Assembly: GCA_050273025.1 (NCBI GenBank) | Contig: CP158635.1 | Location: 10,912,001-10,976,000 of the forward strand | Direction of reading: 5' to 3' | DNA from: Cenococcum geophilum | Taxonomy: Eukaryota | Length of the DNA stretch: 64,000 nucleotides | Part shown: in pieces, positions 52,056 through 63,261 of the stretch | Layout: every line of letters starts with the position of its first letter | How positions within the stretch are numbered: position 1 is the first letter of the stretch | Position numbers and translations under genes: made by a program | Notes under the pieces: generated by a model | Seen by the model: the letters and a program-made list of their open reading frames with translations, nothing else | Databases searched by the model: none | What the model was told of the DNA's origin: nothing

Positions 52056-53087
52056 TCATCGCACGTATTTGCTCTTTGCCACTCATTAGCTACGGTGTGC
52101 CCGAACGTGGCGAATTTCCAGACTCACCATGAAGCGTCTGTGGAAATCTGATCGCAGCATATCGTTCACGAATTCCTTTTTCTTATCCTCGGTCCCCCGG
52201 GCCTGGTTCTTGAATACGACATCGTCATCCCATCTAGATGAGCTGTTCAGCTGCTGTGTTTACGTGTCGCATGTGGGAAACATACCGGCGCTTGACATTG
52301 AAGTCTTTTGGATTCAATAGTGGATTACCTCGAGCTATGTCGAACTCGCGCTGCTCTTCTTCCTTCGCTGCCCTCTCCGCTTCCTGCAAATAGAAGCTTA
52401 GCATCCACATTATAATTTAATAGCAGCAAAACCTACTTCTCTAGCTTTTGCTTCGGCTCTTTCCTTCTTTATCTTCGCCAATTCGCGCATTAACTCTGCA
52501 GTTTCGTCCTCCTCGTCGTCATCACTACCCTCATATTATTAGAATCCTCCAATCTGGGATATGTATGCCGTACTCTTCACCACTGCTATCGCTGCTCTCA
52601 CTGCTGCCTCCATCCGAGTCTGCATCAATATCTTTAGCTTCCTCCAATATAAGACGCCTCCGTTTCGCCTCGGATTCTTCATTCTCCTCTACATCGTCCC
52701 CAGTAGATGTTTCTAGTTGTCGCTTTGGCATAGATGACGAAATTTCGGGGGATTCATTGTCTTCTGGTGCTGATCCGCCGTTCTTTTTCGCAAAGTGTAC
52801 TGCCTCGGCCTTCAGGAGTTCAGCACGAAGGTCACGCACTTCGTTATCTGCACTGCCACCTTGTCCTGGCTGTCTGTATATGTGTAAGATAATTGTATGT
52901 AGCATTTGAACATAGATACACACCTGTGCTTAAGGACAGTGTGAGCTGGTAGTAGTCGTTGATGGTAGGCCGGTCCGCGTTGAGCGTCTTTGCCGCGTGC
53001 CTAAGTAGCCGTTAGGGTCACAAGTTGCAGGTTCAAAAGCTGTGACAGACTTACTGGATCAAACGTAGGTCGATGAGCTGTAGTCAT
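52056..53087 (-). CDS. CWC15: Pre-mRNA splicing factor Cwc15/Cwf15
   Basis: N-terminus [26 protein letters not shown]-terminus [17 protein letters not shown]; several canonical introns. Confidence 0.95.
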
Positions 53088-53278
53088 TGTGTGTAGTCTT
53101 TGGTATGAGTGGGAAATTGGTTGCTTGAGATACTGCTGGTGAAAGTGAGGCTCAAGAGCTGGGAATTCTAGAGCAGCTTCGGGTTAACGATTCGCCGGAT
53201 ACCCAGGATATTTTCCTGCGGCACTAAACACAAGCAAGGAATTCTTGAGCCCCGCTGCAGCTGCTAAATCTCGTCAAG

Positions 53279-54272
53279 ATGCCCCGTGAAGCTGATATAT
53301 CAATCAACGAGCGTGAGTTCATTCAGCAGGCGCTCCGGGAAAATATTCGGCTAGATGGACGGTCATTCGACTCGTTTCGAAACCTAGAGCTTACTTTCGG
53401 AGATGAATATGGTGTTGCGGACGTTCAGCTGGGCAAAACCAGGTAAAATCGCTATCGTAATGCTAATTAAACCTCACTAAATGATAGATCCAGGGTCATC
53501 GCCAGAATATCGGCAGAGGTAACCGCACCTTTCCCAGACCGCAAATTTGACGGCATCTTCAACATGAGCACCGAATTCTCTCCTATGGCTTCGCCCGCAT
53601 TCGAAGTCGGCCGGTACGCTTCTTAGATATTATTGGTTTCAGGCTACTTGTCTCAAGCACCCTAACTGAGCCCATAGACCTACAGATGCCGAAATCATCC
53701 TCTCCCGAATCCTCGAGAAAGCTATTCGCCGTGGCGGTGCCTTAGACACAGAATCTCTTTGTATAATTGCTGGCGCAAAGTGCTTCTCTCTCCGCGCCGA
53801 CGTTCACATCGTAGATCACGACGGTGGCCTCATTGATGCGTCTTGCATTGCCGTAGTAGCGGCTCTGCAGCACTTTCGTCGGCCCGACGTTGCCGTGGAG
53901 GGAGAGAACGCGACTATATTCAGCATTCGAGAGCGCGAGCCTATACCGTTATCGATGCTGCACCATCCTATTTGCATGACATTCTCATACTACGATTCTG
54001 GAGAGACTGTGCTAGTGGACGCAAATCTGGCAGAAGAGCAAGTCCGAGAAGGCGAGGTGGTCATTACAATGAACAAGCACGGAGAAGTCTGCCAGATTGC
54101 AAAGTATGGAGGAACTTCGGTCGGTGCATTAACTCTTCTGAACTGCACGAATGTTGCATTGGAAAAGGTCAAAGATATAACTAAGTTCATCCAGGGCAAG
54201 CTCGAGGAGGACGCAAAGAAGAGGGATGTTGGTGGCCTCATGGCTGAACTTAGCGCTGAAAATGCGAGGTGA
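53279..54272 (+). CDS. RRP45: Exosome complex component Rrp45 (RNase PH-like)
   Basis: MPREADISINEREFIQQALRENIRLDGR, LDTESLCIIAG, DGGLIDASCIA, ALQHFRRPD; two introns. Confidence 0.95.
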
Positions 54273-55137
54273 TAGGCAAATCTGTTGCATAGGACCGGTT
54301 TGGCCTTCACTTTGCATCTGTAGCATTCAAGGCTCGCACAGTCTTGCCAGTCGAGCCAATCTCCATTATAGCGCTGTGGATTATGGCTCCCGGACGATCT
54401 CTCATCCGAAACTTTCCCTCGTCAAGAGATGACGTGTGATTAATCGTCGATTGAAGCTAGAGAAGAATACTGGCGCAGACAAATTGAGGTCATGGAGGCA
54501 GAGCCAACAGGTGGCTTCAGGAACTGATAGGAATTTGCCGAGGGACATTGTGAAAATCATTAGTGTTTTGAAGAGCGAGCTATTTGCGGGTGTTTGACAT
54601 TCCGAGGTGTTTACGTAGGTAGCTTCTGGAAGTGTTTAGTATAAAATCCATCCAGAAGGTCTTGATTACTACGCCTATCTCCACATGCTCGGTTCTGAGT
54701 TTATCACGGCACTCTCGGAATGGCTATGCTTGGTATTTGGCATGTCCAAGGCCCTACCCCAGCGGGTGGAAGATGTCATAGCATGTGTTGCTGACAGAGC
54801 GGCTTGGCTACTCGTTAAGGTTTAGTGTCGCGCATCCAACGTGGTATGATTGGCCAGGTCCAGACAATTTGCATTTCGACGAAGTTTCCACCGGAAGGCT
54901 CGTGATGGATAAATAGCTTGTCGGGTCCTCCCATCTAACCATCTCATAATTCAAACTTCCACCCAACATCAGAGACATTGTCGCAGTGGCATTTCAACTT
55001 CTATCCCGCGTATTTCAAAGCTTAAAGTTGACCTCGTCATTTACTTCTATTGCACATCGACAGCATTACCAACACCGACCTAAAACTTTCACAGTTCTCA
55101 CCCTCCATATAATTAGTCAGACCCTGCAAAAGCCAAG

Positions 55138-56085
55138 ATGACCTCGAAGCTGATCCCGAAGAGCCCGGCGGAGGTCATGGTAACCCGTCAAGTTGTGCCA
55201 AACGTGATCACTACCTTCTCAGCACCATTCTGGCGATTTGGGAGGATAAGGATTGGTGGCAGAGGCACAATTGGTATTTATCCCTCAAGAAGCTTTTCAT
55301 TTGTATATACCCCTTTTCCTAACAGGATTGATTTAGTCCGTCTGCGATCCGGCGCCCTCGCCGTCTTTTCTCCCGTAGCATTATCAGACGAAGTTAAAGA
55401 AACTGTTGCCAAGCTGGGGGAAGTTAAGTATATAACTGCGCTTGATATTGAGGTAGGATAAATCTCTTATACCATTAGTCTGCCATCTCCGCTTTAGCCA
55501 TTCTAATTCTCCGTTTTGTAGCATCATATTTTCCTAGGCCCATGGCACGCCGCCTACCCCCAAGCCAAAGTGCTCGGCCCAGAAGGCCTGCCTGAGAAGC
55601 GTGCCAAACAGAAGAATGAAGACGTGCCCTTCAGCGTCATCTTCACCGCCAAGGACAGGGACAGCACGACTGTGGATGCCGAATTTGACTCCGAGTTCGA
55701 GTACACGTACCTGCCGTCCCATCCCAACAAAGAGCTGGTCTTCAACCACAAGCCGACCAAGACGCTTATTGAGGCCGATCTGATGTTCAACCTCCCTGCT
55801 ACAGAGCAGTTTAGCAAAACTGGCGAGTCTGCCACATCTGGCTTCTGGACTAGGCTCTTTACCATCTTTAACAACACCAACGGCGCTGCCACCGGCCAAA
55901 GGCGTTTTCTGTGGTATGCGATCAGCAGCGGCGACCGCAAGGGTTTTAACAGCAGCGTTGCCAAAATCGACAAGTGGGACTTCGATCGCATCATCCCGTG
56001 TCACGGAGACGTCATCGAGACAGGCGGCAGGGGCATTTTCCAGAAGGTTATGGCATGGCATCTGGCCACGAAGAAGGCGGTGTAG
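55138..56085 (+). CDS. DUF4336-like / metallo-beta-lactamase-fold hypothetical protein
   Basis: PFWRFG..IGGRGT, LAVFSPV, ALDIEHH, ELVFNHKPTKTLIEADL, WDFDRIIPCHGD; two introns. Confidence 0.8.
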
Positions 56086-56744
56086 GCCTTCATTAAATGA
56101 AACAGTTTGAGTGCTGATTTGGTGATCGTGGGGCAGGTAGGATACCTCTGTTTTGTAGCTTTTGTAATATTCGGTGTCATGCCGTGTGCATGGCCTGTAT
56201 AATTAGAAGATTCTACCCATGTTTCTCGATATAGAGCTCGCGTTTCCTGGAGTGAGGGTGTGTGTTCTTTTTGCATTGAGTCACGGCTTGTTCAATTGTT
56301 TTCATGCAACACTCTCTTGATACATCAGAGGGTATCCGGAAAGGGCCCTTACGATGCAAGGCGCTAAATTACTTCCGAAGCTCTATTTACCGCAGCCCCA
56401 GAGGTAAATTGTCCAGTTGTCATTTCTAAGAAACCATTCTGAAGGCCCTTAAATGCTTACCCAAAATGCCTACGACTTGATAATGACTAAACGAGCTGCG
56501 CATTGGTTCTCTTCATTCTCATGCCTGGTGGGACTCAAGACAGGCAATACTTTACTTGGAGAACCGAAATGACATTTCCATAGCCAGCAATTTTAAAGCC
56601 AAACTCTTGGATCAACGATCAAAGCAGGTGTTACTGGAGCTAATTAGGCATACTATAGAGCATTACAGCGTTGGGTATCCTTGCTATAGAAATAATTTTA
56701 CCAAACGGGATTCTACGCGGACGACAAATATAATCATCCATACT

Positions 56745-58802
56745 CTACCTCGCATCCAAAACATTCTTCTCAATGCCCCCAACTGCCTCCCTCACAACGG
56801 GACAAAAATGGTGTCGCAGAATTTCACCCTCCCAGACCGTACTTGCGAACGGGTTGCTTCCCTCCACTTCCCCTCTGAGTGGATCAAACACGCCATCCCC
56901 CTTCCTCTCCTCGGAATTCCACAGCGCGCTGATCTTGCGTCCGTGGATCTTAGTCACGTTGCTCATGAGACCCAGCATCGCTATGCATGACTTCTCGGGT
57001 AGTTGCAGGGATGCTGTCAGGAGCTGCTTGCAGAATGCGGCGAGTCGCACCGGCGGGACGGCGCGCAAGGCGGTTGGGGGAAGCAGGACGGAAGAGAGGG
57101 AGCGGAGGAGGAGAACGGTTGTTGTTTGGACGTTTACTTTATTTGTGGCGGGCGTTTTGGCGGATGAATCGAGGGCGTGTGGGTCGGGGAGGTGCAAGGA
57201 TTTGACGCTGAATTCGATGTCGGTATTGAGTGAGACGGGGTATAAAGTGCGGTAAAGATGAGTGATGAAATAGTTTAAGTCTAGATTTAGGGTAGTTGCG
57301 GCTGTGCTCCCGTCTTGACCCTGTAAGAGCGCGAAGGCAGTGATTACGCAAAGGAGAGATTCACGGGTTGCATTTCGCGGGACGTCTTCTTCCTCTGCGT
57401 CGGCACCCTCCTCACCAGGATCAGTGCCGTTTGCCGCCTCTGCATGAGCGATTAGATCCTTCAGCGCTTCTAGAATGTCACCGAAGAAATCTTGGTTGAT
57501 GAGATGTGCGTATCTCGCTAATCCTTCCAGCACGGCACCCATCAACTTAGGCGACCGTGCTTTAAGAATGCGGAAGTAGGTAACGAAGACCATTTTCAGG
57601 GTTTCGGCTTGCATCCTGTCACGTTCTTCGTGGCTGACTGTTGCATCTGCTTCTTTCATTTCCTTTTCAATTACTTTGCGCTCTTTGAGTAGCTTTCTCT
57701 GTTTTTTGGTCCTAAATTCCCGCTTTTCCTTTGGTTTCTTTCCAGAGGTGAGCTGTTCTGAAGGCTTGTCGATAGAGTTCTGAGAGCCCTTGAATGAAAA
57801 CTCGGACAGAAGCCTGAGATGAAGAAAGGTATTCAAAACACTTTCATCCATATTGTAACTCCGTGCTTTAATCATCTTTGTCAACATAGTGACAGTATCA
57901 AGGGAAGCATTCCCGTCTTCGTCGTTCTCAAAAAGAGTTTCCAGAGTTTCTCGGCATTTGACAAAGTCGGTATCAATTCCTTTCCTACTTAATTTATCCA
58001 CAAGAATCTTCAAGAGCTCTCCTCGAAAGTTGAAGTGCGGCACAGCGAGGAGAAGATTGCAAGCGCAACTAATCGCAACAGTAACCTGACTTCCAATCTC
58101 CTGTGGTGATTCGGCTTTATTACCCCGTGCCAGCTTAGCTAAATGACGGATATAGTCCTGATATCCGGTGACAAGAGCTTGTTCAAAATTTCGAAGTCGT
58201 CGCACTTCTTTAGATAACTTCGACTTTATGTCCTCGTCTGACAATGGCCGTATTCGGTAACCGGGGATTATATCCTTGTATATAGCCAACTGAGTTGCCA
58301 GCGCCAGTTTCCTGACTGTAATATTATCCGACGCAGCAATTTGCGCCAATGCCCGAAGCGATCCAACGTGTTCCTCTGGGTCCTCGTTGATCAGACCTGC
58401 CAGTCGTGCCAGCTCTTCCTTCGCCTCAATTATCTGCTGTCTCTGAGATATTTTCGGTTTCTCTTCCTCTACATCTTCCATCTCTTCCTCCTCTTCTTCA
58501 CCACCGTCAGACTCCAAAAAGCTGTTCCCGTCCTCCTCATCTGCTTCAGGCTCTGGAGCAGGCTCCTGCTCTACCCATCCCTCCGAGGTCTTGATTGGGA
58601 GCCTCGAGGTCTCCATCTTCTTGGTCTTTAGCTTGCGCGGGCGCTGTTCGTAGTCCTGTTCGAGGTTCCATTGTGCCGCGTGTGAGTAAAATTTGGTTTC
58701 TGTGGTGCCGTTCAATTTTTGACTCTTTGAAGAGTGACTGGCCGAATCTTCGGAATCTGGGGGAGACAATCGTCTTCTTTTTGCAGCAGGTATTCGTGAC
58801 AT
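56745..58802 (-). CDS. NOC3: Nucleolar complex-associated protein 3
   Basis: Single long ORF with RLPIKT, YKDIIPGYRIRPL, PHFNFR, LEGLARYAHLINQDFFGD (NOC3p and CBF domain motifs); first ATG at 58802. Confidence 0.95.
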   Translation of the reverse strand: MSRIPAAKRRRLSPPDSEDSASHSSKSQKLNGTTETKFYSHAAQWNLEQDYEQRPRKLKTKKMETSRLPIKTSEGWVEQEPAPEPEADEEDGNSFLESDGGEEEEEEMEDVEEEKPKISQRQQIIEAKEELARLAGLINEDPEEHVGSLRALAQIAASDNITVRKLALATQLAIYKDIIPGYRIRPLSDEDIKSKLSKEVRRLRNFEQALVTGYQDYIRHLAKLARGNKAESPQEIGSQVTVAISCACNLLLAVPHFNFRGELLKILVDKLSRKGIDTDFVKCRETLETLFENDEDGNASLDTVTMLTKMIKARSYNMDESVLNTFLHLRLLSEFSFKGSQNSIDKPSEQLTSGKKPKEKREFRTKKQRKLLKERKVIEKEMKEADATVSHEERDRMQAETLKMVFVTYFRILKARSPKLMGAVLEGLARYAHLINQDFFGDILEALKDLIAHAEAANGTDPGEEGADAEEEDVPRNATRESLLCVITAFALLQGQDGSTAATTLNLDLNYFITHLYRTLYPVSLNTDIEFSVKSLHLPDPHALDSSAKTPATNKVNVQTTTVLLLRSLSSVLLPPTALRAVPPVRLAAFCKQLLTASLQLPEKSCIAMLGLMSNVTKIHGRKISALWNSEERKGDGVFDPLRGEVEGSNPFASTVWEGEILRHHFCPVVREAVGGIEKNVLDAR

Positions 58803-58945
58803 TTTCGCTGAATGAGAATGCGAGAATGATTTTACAGAGTTGTAAATCTCCACGAAATATTTCGGCGATGGGAATTCATTACACGCTCCTTACCTCAGCA
58901 AGCTCAGACCACATATTCGGAATAATTTTATATCCGCTCCACGTA

Positions 58946-59372
58946 ACGTGTTCGGCAAGCAGCAAGTGGCCACTGCAAGCATGTGCCCACCCCAAAAACT
59001 TACCAAAAAACCCAAAAATCGTTTTTTAATATCTTAAAAGCGGCTTAATAATAATTTATAAAAATTTATAATTAGATTCTTATACTTACTTTAAGACCTC
59101 TATTAAAGTTTTAGAGTAATAAGTTTAGCTATTATTAATATATTGGGATCTAGCTTTCAAATTTAAGCCTAATTATTATATCTTAAAAACCACTTACTAA
59201 ATTATTTTAAAACTTTAATATTAGTCTTAAAATAAATATGAGAGTCTAATTAAAAAATTTTATAATTTATTATTAAGCCGTTGTTAAGATATTAAAAAAC
59301 AATTTTTGTGTTTTTTGGTAAGTTTTTGGGGTGGCCACATGCTTGCAGTGGCCACTTGCTTGCCGAACACGT
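58946..59372. mobile_element. MITE C, same family as MITE B, in the NOC3 upstream region
   Basis: TA|ACGTGTTCGGCAAGC...GCTTGCCGAACACGT|TA; body colinear with 44237-44652. Confidence 0.93.
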
Positions 59373-59449
59373 TAAAATCGAAAATGTCTGATTACTTCAG
59401 CAAGCTCAGATAGAATCAATTAGCGGACATACGTATATCCGCAAGCAGG

Positions 59450-62400
59450 TATCGGAGGTCCGGGTTAGGCTTGGCATAACCTCGGGTTACGCACGACCCC
59501 CCAAGGTCCGCGACATATCGTCCAAATATCACCCCCCCCCCTTTGGTGGTGGCCCCTACTTTTTAGACGCGTTTTTGAGGCCTAGGTTAGTACTAGGTTA
59601 GTATGGAGGACCTCGTCGCGCGCCTTCGACCTCATCGTCGCCTCGACAATCCATTTTTTGACCCTCTTCCTGTTCTCGTGCCCGCGCCGGCTCCTGGCTC
59701 GCGCGGGGCTTCTAGTTTTATATAGAACGGCCTGCTATAATTCTAATTCTATAATATAGAGCTCTCTTCTTCTCCTCCTCTATTAATATTTACGCGTTCG
59801 ATGGCTTTATTTACCCATACCCGCGCTACGCTTACGCGTCTTCCCCCTAACCTCTTACGGAGATGGAGTCTTTTAAAAATCTTCTTACCCTACGGTCTAC
59901 TTTATAGTCGAAGGAAGCCCCCCTAGCCTCCTCCTTCCCCTCCTCCTATAGCCTCTAGAACGAATTTAAGGCCCAAACGTTACGGCTATACGATATTTAT
60001 AAGGCCTAGCGCTTAAAGAATACTATAAGGGCGTATAAGCCAAAGCAGAAAGAGTAGGAAGACTAGTATACGAGATTAAAAGGTAATATAGATAGCGCCT
60101 AGGTAACAGAAGATAAGCTTTACCTATTTTTAGAGCAGTAAGTTATTAACTAAGAATTACGGGCTGCTAGCTATTAAAAACGGAAGTTAAAATAGAAAGA
60201 GATATAGAAAGATAGCGAGTAGGTAAAGAAGAGGTAGAAGACAGTTAAGCGGGTAGGGTAGTTAGGGGGGAAGGTAGCCGTAGGGGCAGCCGTAGGGGCA
60301 GCTGTAGGTATAGGGGAGGAAGCTATAAAGGAGGAAGGGGAGATATAGGATAAGGAGGCCCTAGACGCCCTATTTAACGAGATAGTCTAATACTTAGTTA
60401 TAAATAGCTATGTCTCCGCTATTACTAAGCTTTATATATAGTAGTTAAAAGATAAGACTACGCAGCCACTATAGGGGGCAAAGCTCTTAGTAGTACTAGA
60501 CAGCATCCGCCGCAATAAGGACTAAATTTAACGCGTTAACTTTATTAATTAAGGCCTATTTATAATTACTAGCGGCTATAACATTAAAGGGCTTAAAAAG
60601 GCGATTACTTAGTGCTAGAAGACGGGCTCTAAGATACTAGGTTTAGTTAAGTCTTACCTTTAAACTATAGCTAAGCATTTATTAGGTTTATATATACCCT
60701 ATTTAGTCTATATAGCTGCCGTTTTCTAACCCGTTTTTTAGGCTATACTACTATTACCTATAGTAAAAGTAAATAAAATATTTAGCTTACTAACCTTATC
60801 CTTATTAAACTAGAGAATAAAGGGCCTAAACTAAACAAGTTAGCGTTGTATATAATTATATTAATAATATAAGGGAAGCAGAATTAGTACGGCAAGGTTA
60901 AGTATATAGGCTATATACGGAACGCTAACCCTATCCTCTACCCCCTCTCTATAATAGCCTTCTACTTCTTTAACTACTAGGGTAAAGATAGCGCTAAAAG
61001 CTTTTTATTTTTTTGGTAGTTAGAGAACTACTATAACCTATACATCTTCCCTGGTAGTATTAAAGTACTATAACGGCCGCTAAGCTATTATACGCAGTTT
61101 AAATAGAATAAAAAGATATTCTGGGGGGTAGGAATTTACTTAAAGGAGAAAACCTATAGCGCCTATAAGTAGAGCGTCTAATATACTAAGCTTAGCGGCG
61201 TTAAGGAGACCTAAATTAAATGGGCTAAACGCTAGAATATAGATATAATAATAGGAGCCTACCTTAGCTACCTACCCTATATATTTATATAGTTAATTAC
61301 TGGCTTCCTAAAGAAAGAAAAGGGCTACTTTTTTTCCCGCGTATGGAAGGTGCCAAAGAAGGCCCTTTATTTAAAGATATAGCCTAAGACTAATATCTAG
61401 CTAAAATGTATAGAGGCCTACTACCTAAGTAGGGCCGATAATAAGGTTATATAGCTTAACTTTATAGGCTTAGGATTTCTACGCCTCCTCTACGCGCTTA
61501 GGGTAATTCTATTATAGGACTTAGTAATCCTATATAAGTAGTTCCTACTCTACCCCTTATAAAAAGACCCCCTCTTTAGCTATAAAGAGTACCAGAGGTT
61601 TACTATATAGGTAAAAAGCTTACTAGCTAATATAGTTATATTAGATAAGCCAATAATACGGAAATACTAGCCCGCCTATAAGGCTGTAGCTAAGCTAAAA
61701 TATAAGGCCGCAATCTCTAAAATAAAGGGGGTTTAATTACGTATATAGATGATTTTAGAACGCCTTAGCGAGATAAAAAGGTTATTAGTATTATTTACAC
61801 CTATATAGATCTAGTAAAGAAAGATAAGTATCTAAATAGGGCCTACGGAGTCTATATATCTACCTTTAGGCAAGCCTATACTGTTTACTATAATATTTAC
61901 TATATCTACGCCGCCTACTTAGCCGTCTATAATATCCGCACTACCCGCTTAGCCGTTTATAATATCCGCACTATCTACTTAGCCATCTATAATATCCGCA
62001 TCGTCCGCTTAGCTATCTATAATATCCGCACCGCCCGCTTAGCTATCTACTATATTTATACCACCCGCTTAGCCGTCTACTATATCCACATCGCCCCTAC
62101 TAACGCAGGCATAAGCTAATACTTAACTATCTCTCCTATTTATCCTTAACCTATAGGCGCCGCTAAGGAAATATAAAATACTTTATAGTAATTTAGTCTT
62201 TTAGCTCTAGACTAAGTAGACTTTAGGGCTAGCGGGTAGGCCGTTAATTAAAGCTCTTAACCGCTACTAGGGGGCACGCTAGTAGGTTAATAGCGAGGCT
62301 ATATTTTATAGCTGTCGCTATAAGATAATTAAGGATATAAGACGGCGCGTAAAAGACGGTATAGTAAGAAATAAGAGATAGGCTATTAATTAGCTAAAAC

Positions 62401-62890
62401 AGCTACAAAGCCGGCATTCTTTAGATTGGCTTTATAAGAATATCTAAATAGTTATTTTACTATAGTAACCAAGACGCCTTAATGTATAACTATATTAGTA
62501 ACTAAGACGCCTTAATATATAACTGCACTGCAGTAATTAAGACGCCTTAATATAGGATTATAGTGACTAAGACGCCTTAATATAGGACTATAGTAACCGT
62601 AGTGCAGTCCTATATTAAGACGTCTTAGTTACTAGAGTATAGTCCTATATTAAGGCGTTTTAGTCACTATAGTATAAGTATATTAAATTTAGAGCAACAT
62701 TACGCGACCCCCTAGAAGTACCGATTAAACTTAAATTATATACCTTTTCGCCTAAAATCGCGCGCGAGGGTATTTAGGGGCGATTGCTATATAACCTTAT
62801 ATAGGGTTCGGGCGTATTATTAGTAGAGGTAGCCCTAACCTTATATTAACCCGGGTTATAACTGTGCTAAATTAGCCCCCCCGATATATA
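59450..62890 (+). mobile_element. Crypton-type tyrosine-recombinase transposon, RIP-degraded (ORF about 59603-62447)
   Basis: KNTIRAYKPKQKE(W)ED(W), VTEDKLxLFLE, Ndc10-II-like core with an intron (about 60686-60741), GCR1_C-like C-terminus (RYKIIKDIRRR...SLDWLYKNI*); ends approximate. Confidence 0.8.
61890..62100 (+). repeat. 30-bp tandem repeat (~7 units) inside the Crypton ORF
   Basis: Units like gcttagccgtctataatatccgcaccgccc; unit length divisible by 3. Confidence 0.85.
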
Positions 62891-63261
62891 ATAGGTATAG
62901 GGGAGGAAGCTATAAAGGAGGAAGGGGAGATATAGGATAAGGAGGCCCTAAACGCCCTATTTAACTAAATAGTCTAATACTTAGTTATAAATAGTTATGT
63001 CTTCGCTATTACTAAACTTTATATATAGCAGTTAAAAGGTAAGACTACGTAGCCACTATAGGGGGCAAAGCTCTTAGTAGTACTGGACAGCATCCGCTAT
63101 AATAAGGACTAAATTTAACACGTTAACTTTATTAATTAAGGCCTATTTATAATTACTAGCGGCTATAACATTAAAGGGCTTAAAAAGGCGATTACTTAGT
63201 GCTAGGAGACGGGCTCTAAGATATTAGGTTTAGTTAAGTCTTACCTTTAAACTGTAGCTAA
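62891..63261 (+). mobile_element. Internal fragment of a second copy of the same Crypton
   Basis: Duplicates about 60304-60674 with transition differences; interrupted by an LTR at 63262. Confidence 0.9.

Noticed and set aside
56556..59029. Plus-strand ORFs overlapping NOC3 (and similar shadows over other island genes)
   Set aside because: Antisense or alternate-frame shadows of well-supported genes.
44237..59372. Composite transposon formed by MITE B and MITE C
   Set aside because: Each has its own TA duplication and different TIR variants, and MITE B is nested inside another element.
59603..62447. Starship captain (DUF3435) for the gene array
   Set aside because: Motifs and compact size fit a Crypton (Ndc10-II plus GCR1_C), and it is separated from the array by core genes.
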